From the IMG/VR virus record IMGVR_UViG_3300044772_000008: DNA of 64,000 bases; one strand, 5' to 3'. The notes beneath the pieces were generated by a model. That model ran no database searches. It saw nothing but the letters and a program-made list of their open reading frames with translations, and was not told the origin of the DNA. Shown in pieces: positions 23,400-30,763 of this stretch; the stretch's first letter is position 1; every line of letters begins with the position of its first letter. This DNA is from a virus. The translations under genes were made by a program, and so were the position numbers.

Positions 23400-23803
23400 G
23401 GCTTAGTACTGCCGGCTCGAGTAACGGTGTGGAACGACGTTCTCACCGACAACAACTTCATAGTGGCAACCTCTTGTTGGGCGAGCGAAGATGCCCTGGG
23501 CGGAAGCGCGGGCAACGTGGGAGCCAACCGGTTCTCCCCTCCGTGAGCCGTCTCTCCCTATAGTGGACGTTGTCCAAGGGTAGCCGTTCCATAAAGGGAC
23601 GGTCCGAGGCGACGGAGACCATACAGCAGCGCCGCTCTTGCCGGAGTCGTGAGACACCGGAATGGTAGGCAGGCCACTTACCAGGGCCCGATGTGACAGC
23701 GGCCGGAGAACAGTAGGGTCTCTGGATCTTCGTTCGTCTGACTGGGGGCTGCCGCCTCCTAGAGAAGGGCCTTCCTCCTCCCCGAGCGGGCCCTTCTCTT
23801 TTT
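23400..23803 (+). ncRNA. candidate structured non-coding RNA or long structured 3' UTR (class unknown)
   Basis: About 400 nt, GC-rich, no plus-strand ORF of 60 aa or more and no RBS-led small ORF. Many local complementary segments (e.g. GAGACC 23614/GGTCTC 23717, GCCGCT/AGCGGC, CCGG..CCGG). Ends in a strong intrinsic terminator. Confidence 0.35.
23762..23803 (+). terminator. rho-independent terminator
   Basis: 10-bp stem GAGAAGGGCC / GGCCCTTCTC, 17-nt C-rich loop, then TTTTT (23799-23803). Best terminator in the window. Confidence 0.8.
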
Positions 23804-23819
23804 GGCCACTTGACTCTCC

Positions 23820-23848
23820 TTGATATTTCCTAAAGGATGCTATAGAAT
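23820..23848 (+). promoter_or_regulatory. sigma70/SigA-type promoter P8
   Basis: TTGATA-17 nt-TAGAAT within GATGCTATAGAATAGGA, immediately after the terminator. A second -35-like TTGACT sits at 23810. Confidence 0.65.
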
Positions 23849-23874
23849 AGGAATAGAGAGGAGAAGGAGGCAAA

Positions 23875-24399
23875 GTGGATACGGCCCCTACCGAATCCAA
23901 AGCACCACCTGCCATCTGGCTACACGTACGAAAGGTGTACGATGCTATGGAGGCCCAGTCGGCCATGCTCGACGTAAGCCGTCCTGAGGATACCCCTCGT
24001 TTGTACGAAGGCTTCACGTCTCACCTGTTCCGGGAGCTTGGCATCGCTGTCCCTAACTACGGACCGGTGCTAGACCTTCTTCGTGAGATGGGTTGCATCA
24101 CACAGGAGCGCAGAGGTGGAGGGCCTTCACCCAGCGTGTGGAGGCTGTGGAAGAAACCTACCCTCGCTGACTTCGAACTTGCGCACAAGACGATGCCTCA
24201 GGTACAAGTCAAGGTGCGTAAGGAGCAGCACGAGGAGCAACGCATTCTCGATCTCCAGAAGCAGCTTGGAGGCATCGACGTACCCCAGGCACTTGTCGAA
24301 CTTCAGAACCAGATCAACGTCCTGAAGGCAGACCTCAAGGAGCACAAGGAGAATCTACATGGACACACCGAGCCCTACCTCGAACCCCACATGGCATGA
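23875..24399 (+). CDS. hypothetical protein, possible winged-helix plus coiled coil
   Basis: 174 aa. GTG after GAGAAGGAGGCAAA. The C-terminal part is heptad-like (LQKQLGGIDVPQALVELQNQINVLKADLKEHKE). Confidence 0.65.
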   Translation: MDTAPTESKAPPAIWLHVRKVYDAMEAQSAMLDVSRPEDTPRLYEGFTSHLFRELGIAVPNYGPVLDLLREMGCITQERRGGGPSPSVWRLWKKPTLADFELAHKTMPQVQVKVRKEQHEEQRILDLQKQLGGIDVPQALVELQNQINVLKADLKEHKENLHGHTEPYLEPHMA

Positions 24400-24628
24400 G
24401 TTCGTACTTGCGAAGATAGACCAAGGCAACGGGGTCTATGTTCTCCTCGATGAGGTTGCAGACCTCTACACCAGAAGGCAGATCAAGGTCTGGGCCGTCA
24501 AGTCGGATACCGATGAGATGGGCTTCTACTATGTAATTGACTTCGGTAACGGGAAGCGGGTTTGTGCCTGTGACGGGTTCAGGTACGCTGACCACTGTAA
24601 GCACACAGGAAGGGTTCCGGAGAAATGA
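24359..24628 (+). CDS. SWIM zinc-finger protein
   Basis: CACDGFRYADHCKH fits the CxCxnCxH SWIM signature. Lies upstream of the SNF2 helicase, a common pairing. Confidence 0.7.
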   Translation: MDTPSPTSNPTWHEFVLAKIDQGNGVYVLLDEVADLYTRRQIKVWAVKSDTDEMGFYYVIDFGNGKRVCACDGFRYADHCKHTGRVPEK

Positions 24629-25002
24629 ACATTGACTTCTCGAAGGTCAAAGACAGTCCCATCATCAATGGTCCTCCGCGTTGGAAGATCAACTCTGCCT
24701 ACGACATGTTCAACCAGAACCACTACTGGCATGGCGAGACGGGTTGGTACGCGATCTCCCAGATGCAGGATCACCACAGGCTCAACGTCTGTCGGTTCTT
24801 AGAGGCTCGGGCCGGAGAGATTCAGATGATGTACATCTTCTCGATGCCCGATCCTGGTCGCTTCCTACAAGGTGACCACGCCCTTGAGGAAGCCTATCGT
24901 CTGGCAGAGCTCGAAGGAGAAGAGGCAATGGCCATGAAGCCTCGTGAGTGGCTTCATCAAACCCCCCTGTTCAAGCGAATGAGCCTAGGTCTACCCATAT
25001 GA
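24625..25002 (+). CDS. hypothetical protein
   Basis: 125 aa. ATGA overlaps with both neighbours. Confidence 0.65.
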   Translation: MNIDFSKVKDSPIINGPPRWKINSAYDMFNQNHYWHGETGWYAISQMQDHHRLNVCRFLEARAGEIQMMYIFSMPDPGRFLQGDHALEEAYRLAELEGEEAMAMKPREWLHQTPLFKRMSLGLPI

Positions 25003-26369
25003 TACAGATCGAAACGGACACTGTTACACTCTATCCGTATCAGCAAGAGGCAGTCGAGCGGATGATTGCCTCTGAATCCTTCTTGCTTGCGGACGAGATG
25101 GGACTTGGAAAGACCGTTTGCGCCCTGTGGGAGATCAGAGAACGAGGCCGCACGCAGGGTGTGAACCGAGTTCTCGTTGTCTGTCCCAAGTCTGTCATCT
25201 CGGTCTGGGTAGATCATATCAAGTGGTTGCTTCCCGCAGCTCATGTCTTTAGCAGCGTCAAGGCTCTGCATGCTTGGGAGCACGGTATCACCGATGGACA
25301 CATCAGCTTCGTGGTGACTAACTACGAGCAGGTTCGGATTCACAACAGTGACTACCTCAAGGTGTTCTGGGACTACGTTATTGCGGATGAGGCACACTAC
25401 CTGAAGAACCGTAAGGCTCTGAGGACACGGGCCACGAAGCGGTTGCGTGCCAAGTACAAGCGTGCCCTTTCGGGAACACCGATGGTGAATAGGCCAGACG
25501 AACTCTGGAGCATCTTGAACTGGCTGTACCCTCCTCAGTTCAAGTCCTACTGGAGGTACTTCGAGTACTTTGTTAGGTATGTTCAACTCGTCGGGCCTCA
25601 CGGATCGTACAAGAAGATTGTCGGTCCGAAGAACACTAGCGAGCTGAAGGAGATCCTGGAACCGTTCATGCTGAGGAGGTTGAAGCGGGATGTCCTCAAG
25701 GAGTTGCCGGAGAAGTACTACACTCACCTCAAGGTCGAGATGTCTCCGCAGCAGAGACGTGCTTACGAGGAGATGCGGAAAGAGTCCCTCGCTTGGGTGG
25801 GAGCTCACGAAGACGAACCAGTGCCTGCGCCAATGGTTGTCGCCCGCCTCACAAGACTTCGTCAATTCGCTGCGGCGTATGCATTTCGAGATGACGAGGG
25901 TAACATGCGGATGGCAGAACCATCCTGCAAACTCGACGCTCTTATGGAGCTTCTGGAGGACACTGAAGAGCCCATTGTAGTGTACAGTCAGTTCAAGCAG
26001 ATGATCAAGATGGCGGAGGTGCGACTTGCAAAAGCAAAGATCCCGTTCGTCTCGCTCACCGGAGACACACCTAACTCTGAACGAGGTCCTCTGGTCGAAG
26101 CCTTTCAGAGTGGGAAGGCTAGGGTTTTCCTGGGGACGACTAAAGCCGGCGGCGTGGGAATTACACTCCACAGGGCCTCGACGGTTGTCTTTTTGGATCG
26201 GTCATGGTCTCCGGCTGATAACCTCCAAGCAGAAGACCGACTTCATCGTATTGGTCAAAAGAACGCCGTCCAAGTAATCATCATCCAGAGCGATGCCAAG
26301 GTCGACCAAGACGTCGAGAAGAAGCTCCAGCTCAAATGGGAGTGGATAAGGACGATTCTTGGTGGATGA
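24999..26369 (+). CDS. SNF2-family (SF2) helicase/translocase
   Basis: Start refined to the ATG at 24999 (ATGA overlap). LLADEMGLGKT, VIADEAHYLKN, LSGTPMVNRPDELWSIL, GGVGITLHRASTVVFLDRSWSPADNLQAEDRLHRIGQ. Confidence 0.9.
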   Translation: MIQIETDTVTLYPYQQEAVERMIASESFLLADEMGLGKTVCALWEIRERGRTQGVNRVLVVCPKSVISVWVDHIKWLLPAAHVFSSVKALHAWEHGITDGHISFVVTNYEQVRIHNSDYLKVFWDYVIADEAHYLKNRKALRTRATKRLRAKYKRALSGTPMVNRPDELWSILNWLYPPQFKSYWRYFEYFVRYVQLVGPHGSYKKIVGPKNTSELKEILEPFMLRRLKRDVLKELPEKYYTHLKVEMSPQQRRAYEEMRKESLAWVGAHEDEPVPAPMVVARLTRLRQFAAAYAFRDDEGNMRMAEPSCKLDALMELLEDTEEPIVVYSQFKQMIKMAEVRLAKAKIPFVSLTGDTPNSERGPLVEAFQSGKARVFLGTTKAGGVGITLHRASTVVFLDRSWSPADNLQAEDRLHRIGQKNAVQVIIIQSDAKVDQDVEKKLQLKWEWIRTILGG

Positions 26370-26724
26370 GTACGAACTTGCTTGGGCTGCTGGCTTCTTT
26401 GACGGAGAAGGTTCTGTGCACTTTGCAGGTGCGTCGAATTTGTGTTATGTCTCGGTGGGTCAGAAGGATCGTCGTCCTCTCCAAAGGTTTCGAGACGCAG
26501 TTGATGTTGGTAACATAAATGGCCCGTACAGTAATGCAAGAGGGTCATGGTACCACTGGTCTGTTGGCGGGCGTAAGGCTGCAAGGGTCTTGAAACTGTT
26601 GTGGCCCTACCTGTCTGAGCCAAAACGGGAGAAGGCACAATTGGTGTTGCCGAAGAGACACTACCAGTTTGTAATCGGCTGGACCTTAGAGATGGGAGGG
26701 CAGCCTAGACCATGGGATCCGTAA
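26359..26724 (+). CDS. LAGLIDADG-family homing endonuclease (single-motif type)
   Basis: LAWAAGFFDGEGSV motif near the N-terminus. 121 aa. Overlaps the SNF2 stop by 11 nt. Confidence 0.8.
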   Translation: MVDEYELAWAAGFFDGEGSVHFAGASNLCYVSVGQKDRRPLQRFRDAVDVGNINGPYSNARGSWYHWSVGGRKAARVLKLLWPYLSEPKREKAQLVLPKRHYQFVIGWTLEMGGQPRPWDP

Positions 26725-26758
26725 GTGGAGCTGGATTCGAACCATCCTAGGAGGGTAG

Positions 26759-27172
26759 ATGGACGAAGAGCGTGTGAAAGAGATTCGGTTCAAGGCGTCT
26801 AGCTACTCATGGAAACACGGCGGCAGCGATCTCGTAAGGTTCATCTTCGAACTCCTAGATGAACGAATCCTCCTGCGGGAGGAGAAGAGTCACCTGAACG
26901 ACCTGTATGAAGCGCAGACATTGCGCCGTACTGAGGCCGAGGTCAAGAATGAGAAGCTGCGGGAGAAGGTGAAGCTCGGTGCAGAAATCATCGAGGCCAA
27001 GGACAAGCACCGGGCCGAGTTGGAGGACGATAACGAGAGGCTGCGGGATCAGCAGCGAAGGCTCGTGGTAGTCATCAACGCGTACGGTGAGGACGAAGGA
27101 TACACTCCGAGGCGTGTCGCTGATGTTTGGCAATCGCTTCTCGATGACAAGATAGAAGGGCTGAAGGACTAA
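26759..27172 (+). CDS. coiled-coil protein
   Basis: 137 aa with a long E/K/R/L heptad-like segment. Confidence 0.7.
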   Translation: MDEERVKEIRFKASSYSWKHGGSDLVRFIFELLDERILLREEKSHLNDLYEAQTLRRTEAEVKNEKLREKVKLGAEIIEAKDKHRAELEDDNERLRDQQRRLVVVINAYGEDEGYTPRRVADVWQSLLDDKIEGLKD

Positions 27173-27390
27173 TGGTAGGAGTCATTGAACACGTAAGGCC
27201 TCCGAGGTGTTCTGCCTCGGGCCAAGAGGTTGACGCGATGACTGTCTCGGTCACAAAGACTAGGGGCTACTGGTCTAATTGTCCCGAGTGTGGTAAGACA
27301 CTCTGGCTGAACAAACATTCTTCGAACGAAGTCACGGGCGCTCTCGCCTACACCTTTCCGGAGCACATCGGCAGACAGGAGGAATCATGA
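27172..27390 (+). CDS. zinc-ribbon-like small protein
   Basis: 72 aa with NCPECGKTLW. Abuts its neighbours. Confidence 0.6.
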   Translation: MVGVIEHVRPPRCSASGQEVDAMTVSVTKTRGYWSNCPECGKTLWLNKHSSNEVTGALAYTFPEHIGRQEES

Positions 27391-27584
27391 GTGCTGACGA
27401 GTTGCGTGTGCAGGTTGAGTATTGGAAGGTTCGGGCTGAGAGGGCCGAACCTCGACTGCTCGCAGTAGAGACAGCGGCAAGGAAGTTCTACCGAGCGTGG
27501 CTAGAGACAGTATCTCCTGCGACTCGCACGACTGCATTGAACCAAGCCGAAGTGGAGCTCATCGAGGCGTTCAAGGAGACTTGA
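27387..27584 (+). CDS. small helical protein
   Basis: 65 aa. ATGA overlap upstream. Its stop lies inside the -35 of P9. Confidence 0.6.
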   Translation: MSADELRVQVEYWKVRAERAEPRLLAVETAARKFYRAWLETVSPATRTTALNQAEVELIEAFKET

Positions 27585-27610
27585 TTTTACCAGAAGGGAT
27601 GTGATATAAT
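27581..27610 (+). promoter_or_regulatory. sigma70/SigA-type promoter P9
   Basis: TTGATT-18 nt-TATAAT with TGA extended -10. The -35 half (CTTGATTTT) is identical to P11. Confidence 0.65.
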
Positions 27611-27637
27611 TGTAGTAGACAGAGAAGGGGGCTGCCT

Positions 27638-27919
27638 TTGGAACTCTTTGCCCAGATACGTCGAGACGAACTACTCGACAAAGCTATCGGGTTTGGGAGG
27701 TTACCTATCAGGGAAATGGCTGACTTACTCGGCATAGCTCCCCAACTGATCTACTACCGGATACGGACGAAGAAGCTGACTAAGCGGGCTTGCAACTGTT
27801 GTGGGACGGAGGGGTTCATCGACCTGGAGGAGGCATGTGGAGCGTTTCCAGCCCTCGCTGAAGCGGTACAGGAGGAGAAAGAAGCACTCGGCCTCGACAT
27901 GGACCCCGAAGAGACATAA
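27638..27919 (+). CDS. excisionase/MerR-like HTH protein (paralog 6)
   Basis: TTG start after GAAGGGGGCTGCC. LPIREMADLLGIAPQLIYYRIRTKKLTK, then a CNCCG motif. Confidence 0.7.
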   Translation: MELFAQIRRDELLDKAIGFGRLPIREMADLLGIAPQLIYYRIRTKKLTKRACNCCGTEGFIDLEEACGAFPALAEAVQEEKEALGLDMDPEET

Positions 27920-28082
27920 TGACCAATTACTTACCGACACTGGGTTACTCTGTCGGGAGTGCGGTAAGTGGAGGAGGTGGTCGGACCTTGATATCGAGTA
28001 CGAAGTATACGGGTTAGGTTTCAAACGCATTTGGTCATGTCGATTCTGTGGCAACATGCTACGGGAAGACATGGTACCATGA
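27837..28082 (+). CDS. zinc-ribbon protein (start uncertain; overlaps the 3' end of 27638-27919 out of frame)
   Basis: GTG at 27837 after GGAGGAGGCAT. CRECGKW ... CRFCGN. The track ORF starts at 27801. Confidence 0.45.
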   Translation: MERFQPSLKRYRRRKKHSASTWTPKRHNDQLLTDTGLLCRECGKWRRWSDLDIEYEVYGLGFKRIWSCRFCGNMLREDMVP

Positions 28083-28095
28083 GCAAGGAGGAAGC

Positions 28096-29235
28096 ATGAA
28101 GAAGTTGTTCACAGTACTAGCTATCGCCGGTGCGATGGTGATTCTGTCCACACAAGTTGTCTCAGCTGCAGCGGAGGTGATCTTCGACTACATCCCGAGT
28201 CCGCTTCCCGGAAACGTCTCGAGCTACAGTTACGAGTCTTGGGGAGTAGCTGAGGCAGGGGATGGGATCGAGTTCAGTACGAACGGGAACCAGTTGCTCG
28301 ACAATGCAAAGGTCGTCGTGAGCAGCTGGGCGTGCGAGGAAGGTACAGGATGGGCTGCTGAGAATGCGGTGCTGTGCGTGACTACGCCTGGTTCAACATT
28401 CTCGGTCCCGATCACGTTGAACATCTACGACCCCAATGACGACATGTCGTTGGTCGACTCGACAACGCAGATGTTCAACATCTCGTTCCGTCCGAGTACA
28501 AACCCCGAATGCCCGGAGACAGTGAATGGTCAGGGGTGGGGGCAGGACTGCTTCTTGGGTCTCGCTGACACGATTCGCTTTGACCTAACGGGCGTCACAG
28601 CACCAGATGAGATCGTGTACGGAGTCGCATGGAACACTGCGTCATTCGGATACGATCCGATCGGTAACGGGGCTGAGTGCCAGGCAGTGCAGTACGCTGG
28701 CTGCGATTCCAGCTTGCTGAACCTCGGCGTCGAAGGAACGGCTCCTGCAGATGTTGGAACGGATCTGTCACCCAATGGTGCGTTTCAGTACTCGGTCTTC
28801 GGATCAGCGTACTGTGATGGTGGCGAGGGCGGCACGGCCGTCTTCCGTTTCGACAACGGATGCTGGACAGGGTTCAACCCACTTGTTCAGTTCAGTAAGT
28901 TCGTCGCGGAAGGGGGAGGCGGCGGGGGTGGTGGTGGCGGAGGTCCTCCACCGACTCTGCCTGAGTGCGACATCACCGGAACCAGCGGAGCTGACGTCCT
29001 GATCGGTACGACGGACGGTGACGTGATCTGCGCCAAGGCGGGCGATGACATCGTCCGTGGGCGCGGTGGAGACGACATCATCCTTGCCGGTCCAGGCCAC
29101 GATCGTGTACGGGGTGGCCTGGACAACGACCTCCTGCGAGGCAACGTAGGGAACGACCGGTTGAACGGCGGGCCTGGCTTCGATACCTGTAAGGGTGGAA
29201 AGGGTACGGACACGATCAAGAACTGCGAGGCATAG
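28096..29235 (+). CDS. secreted protein with poly-Gly/Pro linker and C-terminal RTX-type (hemolysin-type) calcium-binding repeats
   Basis: Start refined to the ATG after CAAGGAGGAAGC. Signal peptide MKKLFTVLAIAGAMVILSTQVVSAAA. G11PPP linker. GADVLIGTTDGDVI..GDDIVRGRGGDDIILAGPGHDRVRGGLDNDLLRGNVGNDRLNGG. Confidence 0.8.
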   Translation: MKKLFTVLAIAGAMVILSTQVVSAAAEVIFDYIPSPLPGNVSSYSYESWGVAEAGDGIEFSTNGNQLLDNAKVVVSSWACEEGTGWAAENAVLCVTTPGSTFSVPITLNIYDPNDDMSLVDSTTQMFNISFRPSTNPECPETVNGQGWGQDCFLGLADTIRFDLTGVTAPDEIVYGVAWNTASFGYDPIGNGAECQAVQYAGCDSSLLNLGVEGTAPADVGTDLSPNGAFQYSVFGSAYCDGGEGGTAVFRFDNGCWTGFNPLVQFSKFVAEGGGGGGGGGGGPPPTLPECDITGTSGADVLIGTTDGDVICAKAGDDIVRGRGGDDIILAGPGHDRVRGGLDNDLLRGNVGNDRLNGGPGFDTCKGGKGTDTIKNCEA

Positions 29236-29240
29236 GTTCA

Positions 29241-29264
29241 GTGGGGGAGCTTCGGCTCCCCCAC
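29241..29264 (+). terminator. stable hairpin with TTCG loop after the RTX-like gene
   Basis: GTGGGGGAGC-TTCG-GCTCCCCCAC, 5 nt after the stop. No T run, so this may be a stabiliser or processing site rather than a terminator. Confidence 0.45.
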
Positions 29265-29280
29265 TACCCTAAGGAGGATA

Positions 29281-29643
29281 ATGTCAACAGATCTTACGCC
29301 TCGCGAATTGGAGATCCTAACCCTAGTAGCAGAGGGAGCTACTCGAGCACAGACCGCAGAGCGTCTCCAGATCTCAGAGGCAACGGTTAGGACTCACATG
29401 TCCAGAGTCCTACTCAAGCTTGACGCTCACACCCAGGCGCACGCTGTTGCACTAATGATGAGTCGAGGACTTATCAAGCCAGAGGCAGCTCGTCGAACAG
29501 TCTGGGGTATTCACGTAGAAGTCTTCAGAAGAAAAGACATGACAAAGCTGTTTGAGTTCACACAGTCGATTCCGGGCTTTCAGCCAATCGTGCTTGATTC
29601 AGACGACGCGCTACTCATTACAGGGAAGGAGTACATCCCGTAG
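29281..29643 (+). CDS. LuxR/GerE-family HTH regulator without receiver or ligand domain
   Basis: LTPRELEILTLVAEGATRAQTAERLQISEATVRTHMSRVLLKL at the N-terminus, followed by about 60 aa of unassigned sequence. Confidence 0.8.
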   Translation: MSTDLTPRELEILTLVAEGATRAQTAERLQISEATVRTHMSRVLLKLDAHTQAHAVALMMSRGLIKPEAARRTVWGIHVEVFRRKDMTKLFEFTQSIPGFQPIVLDSDDALLITGKEYIP

Positions 29644-29693
29644 TGCTATACGTTTGGGGCTTCGCGGTCTGGCACTTGCAAAGGGAAGGCACC

Positions 29694-29807
29694 ATGATGT
29701 GGTGTGGCCGAACAGTCAAGCTGACAAAGACATCATTCGATCCGCCAGCACTAGACGTCCTCATGTGTCAGAAGTGTCTAGCATCTGAGGAGGGGAATAC
29801 ATCGTGA
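29694..29807 (+). CDS. mini Cys-containing protein
   Basis: Own reading (37 aa). ATG after AAGGGAAGGCACC. MMWCGR ... MCQKC. Its stop overlaps the next GTG start (GTGA). Confidence 0.4.
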   Translation: MMWCGRTVKLTKTSFDPPALDVLMCQKCLASEEGNTS

Positions 29808-30052
29808 ACTGGATCATTCTCGCCTACGGCATCGGGGCCGCCATACTCATCTACCCCGTTACCCAGAGTCTTCACGATCTCTACCGCGAGGACAATTTCA
29901 TGGACATAGCAATCGCCGTTGCCCTCGGGGGAATAGTTTCACTCTTTTGGCCTGTCTGGCTCACCTTCTACCTCCTCTACCGTCTATCCAAGTACATGTG
30001 GAGTAAGGTCAAGACGGAGGAGGAGGAAGAAGATGTCCACAGAGGTAACTGA
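29804..30052 (+). CDS. two-TM membrane protein with acidic tail
   Basis: 82 aa. WIILAYGIGAAILIYPV and IAIAVALGGIVSLFWPVWLTFYLLY, then a poly-Glu tail. Overlaps the peptidase gene by 20 nt. Confidence 0.65.
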   Translation: MNWIILAYGIGAAILIYPVTQSLHDLYREDNFMDIAIAVALGGIVSLFWPVWLTFYLLYRLSKYMWSKVKTEEEEEDVHRGN

Positions 30053-30761
30053 GTACAGGTTAGGTGCAAAGCCGGACCGTCCAGACCCTCGTGACTACCA
30101 GTTCGCAAGTCTCGTGGACCTGCCGAGGGCAAAGATCGTCCGTGCAACTGACCGCAAGCTCTATTCCATGGTGAACAAGGACTTCCGTATCAATCAGGGT
30201 AACGAAGGCACCTGTGTTACACACTCGAAGACCAACGTACTACTAGCCGGTCTTTCGACACACCCCGACTATCCGGACTTCCAGACTGAAGAGCTCGCGC
30301 ACCAGTTCGCTCGCAGGATGTACCTCGAGGCCTCCGGTGACACTACGTACCAGAACGGCATGTACCCACGTGATGCCTGTGCGAAGATGAAGGAATGGGG
30401 TCTCATCGACTCCTACTGGAAGGTAGAGCAGGTTGAGGATGTCATCTCCGCGCTACTCACATTCGGACCAGTGACGATAGCGATCCCCTGGTACTCCTCA
30501 ATGTTCTATGGAGACGATCGACTCGCCAAGGCCTACAGCAACTATTGGATCAAGGTCAACCTGGAGTCAGAGCACGTAGGGTACCACGATATCGCGCTCA
30601 CAGGTGTCGATCTGGATCCGAACGATGGTGCTCCAGCGTGGCTCCGCGTACAGAACTCGTGGGGCGGATGGGGCCAGAACGGCACTGGCCGCCTAACGGT
30701 CGAGAGCTTCCGCCGCCTGAACATCTGGGACAACTGGACCTTCTCCGAGAAGCCCTTCTGA
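30033..30761 (+). CDS. papain-like (C1 family) cysteine peptidase
   Basis: DPRDY, NQGNEGTCVTHS (Gln/Cys), VGYHDIALTG (His), VQNSWGGWG (Asn/Trp) in the canonical order. Confidence 0.75.
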   Translation: MSTEVTEYRLGAKPDRPDPRDYQFASLVDLPRAKIVRATDRKLYSMVNKDFRINQGNEGTCVTHSKTNVLLAGLSTHPDYPDFQTEELAHQFARRMYLEASGDTTYQNGMYPRDACAKMKEWGLIDSYWKVEQVEDVISALLTFGPVTIAIPWYSSMFYGDDRLAKAYSNYWIKVNLESEHVGYHDIALTGVDLDPNDGAPAWLRVQNSWGGWGQNGTGRLTVESFRRLNIWDNWTFSEKPF

Positions 30762-30763
30762 TC

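Noticed and set aside
22960-23620. Possible riboswitch identity (GCCACTG reminiscent of cobalamin elements near 22973; AGGGT..CCG and GGTCCGAG reminiscent of ykkC-type elements near 23575-23610)
   Set aside because: Only 7-8-nt matches are present. The other conserved cores of those classes are not visible by eye, so I cannot support a class assignment without a covariance-model scan.
23403-24017. 204-aa minus-strand ORF over the candidate ncRNA region
   Set aside because: It spans a plus-strand terminator, promoter P8 and the first 140 nt of gene 23875-24399. It is Ser/Gly/Pro/Arg-rich with no RBS, so I treat the region as non-coding.
24957-26171. 404-aa minus-strand ORF
   Set aside because: It is entirely antisense to the SNF2 helicase gene, whose seven helicase motifs are unambiguous.
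26733-26743. tRNA T-arm-like GGATTCGAACC
   Set aside because: The intergenic gap is only 34 nt. No acceptor, D or anticodon arms can be drawn, and no tRNA is supported anywhere in the window.
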